Shown: one piece after another, positions 34,012 to 39,803 of the stretch
Layout of the letters: the number at the start of each line of letters is the position of its first letter
How positions within the stretch are numbered: the first letter of the stretch is position 1
Origin: Escherichia phage HC13
DNA: 39,803 nucleotides
Sequence record: OL362276.1
Strand: one strand, 5' to 3'
Made by a program: the position numbers and the translations under genes
Notes under the pieces: model-generated
The model's database searches: none
The model's input: the letters and a program-made list of their open reading frames with translations, nothing else
Told to the model about the DNA's origin: nothing

Positions 34012-36192
34012 ATGTCCACGATTACACAATTCCCTTCAGGAAACACTCAGTACAGGATAGAGTTCGACTACCTAGCCAGAACGTTTGTTGTTGTTACGCT
34101 GGTGAATAGCTCTAACCCTACCCTGAACCGTGTACTGGAAGTTGGTAGAGATTACCGATTCCTTAATCCAACGATGATTGAGATGTTGGCTGACCAATCA
34201 GGTTTCGACATCGTTCGTATTCACCGTCAGACTGGAACTGACTTAGTGGTAGACTTCAGGAATGGCTCAGTGTTGACAGCTAGTGACCTGACCAATTCAG
34301 AGCTTCAGGCTATCCATATTGCAGAAGAAGGTCGAGACCAAACGGTTGACTTAGCGAAGGAATATGCCGATGCTGCTGGTAGCTCTGCGGGCAACGCTAA
34401 GGATAGCGAGGACGAAGCACGCCGAATCGCTGCGAGTATCAAGGCAGCTGGTAAAATTGGCTATATTACCCGTCGCTCCTTCGAGAAAGGCTTCAACGTT
34501 ACAACATGGAACGAGGTCCTGCTATGGGAAGAGGATGGTGATTATTACCGCTGGGATGGTACGCTTCCAAAGAACGTTCCCGCTGGTTCAACTCCTGAAT
34601 CATCTGGTGGTATTGGGCTGAGTGCGTGGGTTAGTGTTGGTGATGCGTCACTTAGAGCAAACCTGTCTGATAGTGATGGCGCTAAATACATAGGCAGTGG
34701 AGAAAGGACATTACTTGAGCACAACAATGATGTTTTGCACTCAAAAGACTTCCCAACACTGCAGGCAGCTATAGATGCATCTTTGCAAAAAAATGATCTA
34801 CTGGTGTCTCCTGGAAATTATACTGAAAAAGTTACTATTGGAAACGCGCAGTTAAAAGGTGTTGGCGGGGCCACGGTACTAAAAACTCCGGCAGACTTTA
34901 CAAACACTGTTCAGGTTAATTTAGCTACACCTCATTGGCAATTCCGCCATAGTGGTGGTTTTGCTATAGATGGTTCCGGGACAACCGGGGTCGTAGGTAT
35001 TAGTTTTGACCCGTCAGACCAATATTCCGGACGTCATAATTTTAGTGATGTATACATCCACAACATCAACAAGGCCATTCAGAAGCCTTCCGGGAACATC
35101 GGCAATACTTGGAGAAATATTGGGATATCTACGTGTGATTGGGGGTATTACGCGATTAGTGGCTCAGAGACGCATTGCGGGGCCGATACCCTCTACAATA
35201 TCCACTTCGATGGCATCTCCACCTATGCAGTCTATCTAGACGGCACTGTCGATAATGGCGGGGTTGGCGCATGGTGGCTTAAAGACTCCATTATTGAGGC
35301 TTCCGGAGGTGGCGGGATATACTTAAAAAGTAAATCGGGCGACTGTCCTACATCTCCATGCGGGGTATCCAATATATGGATGGAAGCGATCGCAACATCA
35401 CCGGCTGTTCAGGTAGACGGCGTGGCGCAAAAACCGCGAGTTCTCAAGTTGGTAGACACAGCGATATTCTTTGCTGAGTATTCTTATCTCAACAACATCG
35501 AGCTATCCAACTCCAACTTAGTAACTTATGGTTGCCGTTTTGACAACGCTGATGGCAATCAGGATATTGTCGTGGATGCACAAAGTACCATTGTAGCCCA
35601 TGACGTGTATTTAAACGGCAGTTCTGGAAAGGACGTTATTGTGGAGTCCGTAGCATCGCAATCTGCAACGATAGCTACCACAAACTTATCTCTGAGGGGC
35701 AACTTAACAAGAGGGAGAGTATTTAATACGCCGACAGGGAATAAATTAATGGCTATCACATTTGACTCAGGTAGCCATAATTTTTCTGGCAGCGGCACCG
35801 TTAACGGTTCGACTGTATCTGACGGACTTCACGCCGCTACATGTACCGAATTTTCATTCCCCGGAGCCGGTTTATATGAAATGGTAGCGACAAGAACAAC
35901 CATTACATCCGGTAGATGGTACGTGTGGGGAGTTAACTCACGCCTACAATCTGGCTCGGCGGATATTAGTATAACGTCAGGTATTACCATGGGTAGTGTT
36001 TACACAAAGCAGGGGGAGTGGATTAGCACTTTCGGTGTAGGAAAGGCATCTACCACTGGCACTGTAGCGCTATACGTTTCCACAGGAGGAGGTTCGGGAG
36101 CTACGGTCAGATTCAGTGACTTTTTCATCGCTGAGTTTACGACGCAAGCTCAGGCTTTAGCTTTCGCCAATTCAAGGATGTCGTTATCATAA
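34012..36192 (+). CDS. 17: Tail fibre/tailspike: T7 gp17-like N-terminal anchor fused to a divergent C-terminal receptor-binding domain
   Basis: N-terminal about 150 aa (YRIEFDYLARTFVVVTL..., RFLNPT, LVVDFRNGSVLTASDL, QAIHIAEEGRD) match the T7 gp17 N-terminus. From about residue 225 the sequence is unrelated to T7, Gly/Ser/Thr/Asn-rich and AT-richer at the nucleotide level. Confidence 0.85.
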   Translation: MSTITQFPSGNTQYRIEFDYLARTFVVVTLVNSSNPTLNRVLEVGRDYRFLNPTMIEMLADQSGFDIVRIHRQTGTDLVVDFRNGSVLTASDLTNSELQAIHIAEEGRDQTVDLAKEYADAAGSSAGNAKDSEDEARRIAASIKAAGKIGYITRRSFEKGFNVTTWNEVLLWEEDGDYYRWDGTLPKNVPAGSTPESSGGIGLSAWVSVGDASLRANLSDSDGAKYIGSGERTLLEHNNDVLHSKDFPTLQAAIDASLQKNDLLVSPGNYTEKVTIGNAQLKGVGGATVLKTPADFTNTVQVNLATPHWQFRHSGGFAIDGSGTTGVVGISFDPSDQYSGRHNFSDVYIHNINKAIQKPSGNIGNTWRNIGISTCDWGYYAISGSETHCGADTLYNIHFDGISTYAVYLDGTVDNGGVGAWWLKDSIIEASGGGGIYLKSKSGDCPTSPCGVSNIWMEAIATSPAVQVDGVAQKPRVLKLVDTAIFFAEYSYLNNIELSNSNLVTYGCRFDNADGNQDIVVDAQSTIVAHDVYLNGSSGKDVIVESVASQSATIATTNLSLRGNLTRGRVFNTPTGNKLMAITFDSGSHNFSGSGTVNGSTVSDGLHAATCTEFSFPGAGLYEMVATRTTITSGRWYVWGVNSRLQSGSADISITSGITMGSVYTKQGEWISTFGVGKASTTGTVALYVSTGGGSGATVRFSDFFIAEFTTQAQALAFANSRMSLS

Positions 36193-36336
36193 AAACAACC
36201 TCAGCCGAATCGGGTTATTTATCATCAGAACGGTATTGAATCATCGAAGGTTGTGGAGGTAGAGGCTAACTACACGTTGACCAACGTATGATAACAACTT
36301 TGGGTCACGGACGACCCGCTTTAAACTGGAGGTTTT

Positions 36337-36531
36337 ATGATTGAGTTAGACTTCAAGAATGAGGTCCTCAAAGCCTCGCCTATCGTCGGGACCGCTGCGG
36401 CTGATGGTGCCAGTCGGTTCTTCTTTGGGCTAACGCTCAACGAATGGTTCTACGTCGCTGCTATCGCGTACACCGTGGTGCAGATTGGCGTCCTAATTTA
36501 CAAGACGATTAAGAGCGGAGGTAAGACATGA
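36337..36531 (+). CDS. 17.5: Class II holin (gene 17.5)
   Basis: Aligns with T7 holin (LDFKNEVLKASPIVGT, FFFGLTLNEWFYVAAIAYTVVQIG). Confidence 0.9.
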   Translation: MIELDFKNEVLKASPIVGTAAADGASRFFFGLTLNEWFYVAAIAYTVVQIGVLIYKTIKSGGKT

Positions 36532-36791
36532 CGCAGATGGACTTAGAGAAGTTCCTGTTAATGCTGGACACAGAACGTGCTAGACTAATGCTTCAAGACC
36601 TGCGGGATGACTCTAAGCGTTCGCCCCAGCTCTACAACGCCATTGAGAAGCTACTGGCTCGTCACAACTTCGTGCTAAGCAAGGTGTCTGTTGACGAGAA
36701 GACGCTCGCTGATATGGAGGCCCTGAACGCAGAGTACGATAAGGTGCTCTCCGCTACGGAAGATAATGACACTGGATATGGAGTGCAGTAA
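36528..36791 (+). CDS. 18: Terminase small subunit (gene 18)
   Basis: Aligns with T7 gp18 as recalled (FLLMLDTERARLMLQDL, RSPQLYNAIEKLL). Confidence 0.8.
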   Translation: MTQMDLEKFLLMLDTERARLMLQDLRDDSKRSPQLYNAIEKLLARHNFVLSKVSVDEKTLADMEALNAEYDKVLSATEDNDTGYGVQ

Positions 36792-36800
36792 ATCTATTAA

Positions 36801-36855
36801 GTGTTAGACTCAAGGTCATTACTGTATGTAGTGGCCTTTATGGTTAACACTAACT
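36801..36855 (+). promoter_or_regulatory. Putative RNase III processing hairpin (R18.5-like)
   Basis: GUGUUAGAC...AAGGUCAU / GUGGCCUU...GGUUAACAC. Same upper stem as 6022 and 13150; lower stem differs but still pairs (covariation). Confidence 0.45.
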
Positions 36856-36901
36856 AGTGGAGGAGACTCTACGTGAAATCTGATAAACCGGGAGGGCAAC
36901 T

Positions 36902-37351
36902 ATGCTCGAATTTTTAAAGAGAGCGGCTCCGTGGTTACTTGCAGCAGTGATGTTTGCTGGTGGCTACCACACCGCTAACAATAAGTGGGAGGCTAAGGTC
37001 AATGCAGAATACACCACGAATCTTAAGGCATCGGAGGATACAAGACTTGCTGTCCAAGCTGAAGTCAACAAAGTGTCCAAACGGTTTCAGGACGAAATGT
37101 CCTCGCTGGAAGGCAGCACTGATAGGATTATTGCTGACCTTCAGTCTGACAATAAGCGGTTGCGCATCCGAGTCAAACCAACGAGTGGAACCACGCAAAG
37201 TGACGGTCGATGCTTCATTGATGGTTACGCCGAACTTGACGAACGAGATGCTAAACGTCTTATCGCCATCGGAGTGAAAGGAGACAAGTGGATTAAGGCC
37301 CTTCAGGACACTGTGAGAGCCTTGCAGCAAGATAAGGAGGTGAAGCATTGA
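36902..37351 (+). CDS. 18.5: Rz-like i-spanin (gene 18.5)
   Basis: Aligns with T7 gp18.5 (MLEFL, N-terminal [45 protein letters not shown]). Confidence 0.88.
   Translation: MLEFLKRAAPWLLAAVMFAGGYHTANNKWEAKVNAEYTTNLKASEDTRLAVQAEVNKVSKRFQDEMSSLEGSTDRIIADLQSDNKRLRIRVKPTSGTTQSDGRCFIDGYAELDERDAKRLIAIGVKGDKWIKALQDTVRALQQDKEVKH
37047..37277 (+). CDS. Candidate Rz1-like o-spanin lipoprotein embedded in Rz (+1 frame); start codon uncertain
   Basis: Embedded +1-frame ORF with signal-like [23 protein letters not shown] and lipobox Cys codon at 37161-37163. No in-frame ATG near the signal, so TTG at 37047 is only a guess. The mature part is not proline-rich. Confidence 0.4.
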   Translation: MLSKLKSTKCPNGFRTKCPRWKAALIGLLLTFSLTISGCASESNQRVEPRKVTVDASLMVTPNLTNEMLNVLSPSE

Positions 37352-39111
37352 GTAAAGACTTAGTGGCGCGTCAGGCGCTAATGACTGCACGTATGAAGGC
37401 AGACTTCGTGTTCTTCATCTTCGTTCTCTGGAAAGCACTAAGCCTTCCGGTTCCAACCCGCTGCCAGATAGATATGTGTAAGAAGCTGGCTGCTGGTGAT
37501 AATCGCCGCTTCATCCTTCAGGCTTTCCGTGGTATTGGCAAGTCATTTCTGACCTGTGGCTTTGTGGTCTGGAAGCTATGGAACAACCCAGACTTGAAGT
37601 TCATGATTGTGTCGGCCTCAAAGGAGCGAGCCGATGCTAACTCCATCTTCATCAAGCGAATCATCGACCTCATGCCTCAGCTTCAGGAACTCAAACCTAA
37701 GCAGGGACAGCGAGATGCGGTTATTAGCTTCGACGTGGGACCTGCCAAGCCAGACCACTCACCTTCGGTTAAGTCCGTTGGTATCACTGGTCAGTTGACT
37801 GGTAGTCGTGCTGACATCCTGATTGCCGATGACGTGGAGGTTCCGAACAACTCAGCGACTCAGGCTGCACGAGACCGTCTATCAGAGCTTGTGAAAGAGT
37901 TCGACGCTATCCTGAAGCCGGGAGGTACGATCATCTATCTGGGTACTCCTCAGAACGAGATGACCCTGTACCGTGAGCTGGAAGGTCGTGGGTACACCAC
38001 TACTATCTGGCCCGCTCGTTATCCACGCGACAGGAAGGACTGGCAGTCTTACGGCGACCGTCTGGCTCCTATGCTTCAGGAAGAGCTGGAAGAGGACCCT
38101 GAGTCCTTCTACTGGCGTCCGACTGATGAAGTACGCTTCGATGATACGGACCTGAAGGAACGTGAGCTGTCCTACGGTAAAGCTGGCTTCGCTCTACAGT
38201 TCATGCTTAACCCGAACCTGAGTGATGCCGAGAAGTACCCTCTGAAGCTCCGTGACCTTATCGTAGCCGACTTGGACCCAGCGTCCAGCCCAATGGTCTA
38301 CCAATGGTTGCCGAACCCTCAGAACAAGCGTGAGGACGTTCCTAACGTTGGACTCATGGGTGACTCGTACCACACGTATCAGACTGTAGGTTCTGCCTTC
38401 AGTTCTTACACCCAGAAGATTCTGGTCATTGACCCTAGTGGTCGTGGTAAGGATGAGACTGGTTATGCGGTACTGTACCAGCTCAACGGCTACATCTTCG
38501 CTATGGAAGTTGGTGGTATGCGTGGTGGGTATGAAGACTCTACGCTGGAAGCACTGGCTAAGATTGGCCGTAAGTGGAAGGTCAACGAATACGTCATTGA
38601 GGGTAACTTCGGTGATGGTATGTACCTTGAGCTATTCAAGCCTGTAGCGGCCCGTATACATCCTGCTGCTGTAACTGAAGTGAAGAGTAAGGGTCAGAAA
38701 GAACTCCGCATCTGTGACGTTCTGGAGCCTATCATGGGGTCTCACCGACTTATCATCAACGCTGCTGCTATCGTCCAAGACTACCAGTCGGCCTCTGATA
38801 AGGATGGTGTTCGTAACCCTATCTACTCTCTCTTCTACCAGATGACACGTATCTCTCGTGAACGTGGAGCCTTGGCACACGATGACCGACTTGATGCGCT
38901 GGCTATCGGTGTACAGTTCTTCGTTGAGTCTATGGCTAAGGATGCCAACAAAGGCGAACGTGAAGTCACTGAGGAGTGGCTGGAGGAACAGATGGAGAAC
39001 CCACGGAAAGGCTTCGAGTCCATCCACACTGAGTTCTGGGACAATGGGGTCCGGGTAACTCACGATACGGACGACGAGCTGGGACTAGGGTCATACGTTA
39101 CGTTCCACTAG
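37348..39111 (+). CDS. 19: Terminase large subunit (gene 19)
   Basis: Collinear with T7 gp19 ([93 protein letters not shown]). TTG start with SD AAGGAGG seven nt upstream, overlapping the Rz stop. Confidence 0.96.
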   Translation: MSKDLVARQALMTARMKADFVFFIFVLWKALSLPVPTRCQIDMCKKLAAGDNRRFILQAFRGIGKSFLTCGFVVWKLWNNPDLKFMIVSASKERADANSIFIKRIIDLMPQLQELKPKQGQRDAVISFDVGPAKPDHSPSVKSVGITGQLTGSRADILIADDVEVPNNSATQAARDRLSELVKEFDAILKPGGTIIYLGTPQNEMTLYRELEGRGYTTTIWPARYPRDRKDWQSYGDRLAPMLQEELEEDPESFYWRPTDEVRFDDTDLKERELSYGKAGFALQFMLNPNLSDAEKYPLKLRDLIVADLDPASSPMVYQWLPNPQNKREDVPNVGLMGDSYHTYQTVGSAFSSYTQKILVIDPSGRGKDETGYAVLYQLNGYIFAMEVGGMRGGYEDSTLEALAKIGRKWKVNEYVIEGNFGDGMYLELFKPVAARIHPAAVTEVKSKGQKELRICDVLEPIMGSHRLIINAAAIVQDYQSASDKDGVRNPIYSLFYQMTRISRERGALAHDDRLDALAIGVQFFVESMAKDANKGEREVTEEWLEEQMENPRKGFESIHTEFWDNGVRVTHDTDDELGLGSYVTFH

Positions 39112-39205
39112 CTGAATGAATAACTATAGGCGAAAACTGAGTTAATAAGCAGTTAGTAACCTATAGTTACTACCAGTCTAACCTACTGTTTTACAAGGAG
39201 TTTGG

Positions 39206-39229
39206 ACTTAACTATCACTATAGGGAAGA
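39206..39229 (+). promoter_or_regulatory. Phage RNAP promoter (TTAACTATCACTATAGGGAAGA, +1 about 39223), phiOR-like
   Basis: Promoter-family match near the right end, where T7 has phiOR. Confidence 0.8.
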
Positions 39230-39407
39230 CCCCCGGTTACTTATAGTATTACTATAGTGAATATACATATGCAGACTTTATGCAAGACCTTAGGAGGCAG
39301 ACTCCGAGTTCTTACCTAAGGCTTGCACCGATGGGAGGAGGTGATATTAATCATAATACCTCCAATACAGATAGTCACAGACCATAGATACAGGAGGTAT
39401 GTAGCAT

Positions 39408-39566
39408 ATGGCAAAGACCAAAGCTGTACTTAAAGCTCTGGCGACCAATCGAGCTACATACAGGTTTCTTGCTGCTGTTCTACTTGCTGCTGGCGCTACT
39501 GCTGGAAGTCAGTGGGTCGGGTGGGTCGAGACTCTCGTATGTTCTCTGGTGTCTGAGTGTCGTTAA
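39408..39566 (+). CDS. Small hydrophobic protein (52 aa), gene 19.5-like by position
   Basis: My own translation: MAKTKAVLKALATNRATYRFLAAVLLAAGATAGSQWVGWVETLVCSLVSECR. SD AGGAGG upstream. Confidence 0.4.
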   Translation: MAKTKAVLKALATNRATYRFLAAVLLAAGATAGSQWVGWVETLVCSLVSECR

Positions 39567-39723
39567 CGCCGTAATGGTAACAATCAACGAAAGTAAGACC
39601 TAAGGTCAGTTCATAGCTGACGCTACTCTACTGACCTTAGCTCCTGTAGTCAAGGACTTTAGGTAACACCTTAATAGAAGCTCACTTAGGGTCATCCTAC
39701 TTATTGGTCTATCCTAGTGTCGC

Positions 39724-39768
39724 CTGACCTACGGTCCTTGACCTACAGTGGCTGTGGCCTACAGTAGT
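39724..39768 (+). repeat. Right-end short direct repeats (CCTACGGTC / CCTACAGTG / CCTACAGTAG)
   Basis: Read directly. Same repeat family as the left-end array at 185-315, consistent with the repeats flanking the terminal redundancy in T7-like genomes. Confidence 0.5.
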
Positions 39769-39803
39769 GACGATGAGTTTTGGACCAAAAGTTTGAGACC
39801 ACA

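Noticed and set aside
36193-36336. Possible terminator hairpins in the 144-bp spacer after gene 17
   Set aside because: Only short (4-5 bp) stems without a convincing U-tract. The spacer is more simply explained as the 3' flank of the acquired tail-fibre module.

Overview
This window looks like an essentially complete, collinear genome of a T7-like podophage (Autographiviridae), with every convincing gene on the + strand. It starts with the T7-type left end (TCTCACAGT..., from memory of T7), a non-coding left region with short repeats and at least one strong sigma70-type early promoter, then the canonical T7 order: Ocr (0.3), small early ORFs, single-subunit RNA polymerase (1), 1.1, 1.2, ligase (1.3), 1.7, gp2, SSB (2.5), endonuclease I (3), amidase/lysozyme (3.5), primase-helicase (4), DNA polymerase (5), 5.5, 5.7, exonuclease (6), 6.7, 7.3, portal (8), scaffold (9), capsid (10A/10B), tail tube A/B (11, 12), internal virion proteins (13-16), tail fibre (17), holin, small terminase, Rz/Rz1, large terminase. 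I found 11 copies of a phage-RNAP promoter (consensus about TAAACTATCACTATAGGGA), the early terminator TE after ligase and T-phi after the capsid gene, and a family of stem/bubble/stem hairpins at the positions where T7 has RNase III sites. The points worth a second look are departures from the T7 backbone: no 0.7 protein kinase, with an Ocr carrying a ~55-aa C-terminal extension and several small unknown early ORFs instead; three HNH-type homing endonuclease genes, one abutting DNA polymerase with an apparent AT-rich co-conversion tract in the polymerase 5' end; a possible PD-(D/E)xK-like ORF after gene 5; an ASCH/DUF3850-like ORF between the tail-tube genes; and a tail fibre whose C-terminal two-thirds is compositionally foreign. 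All protein calls rest on my recollection of T7 protein sequences and motifs, not on a database search. Composition statements are by eye, and motif coordinates may be off by a few bases.
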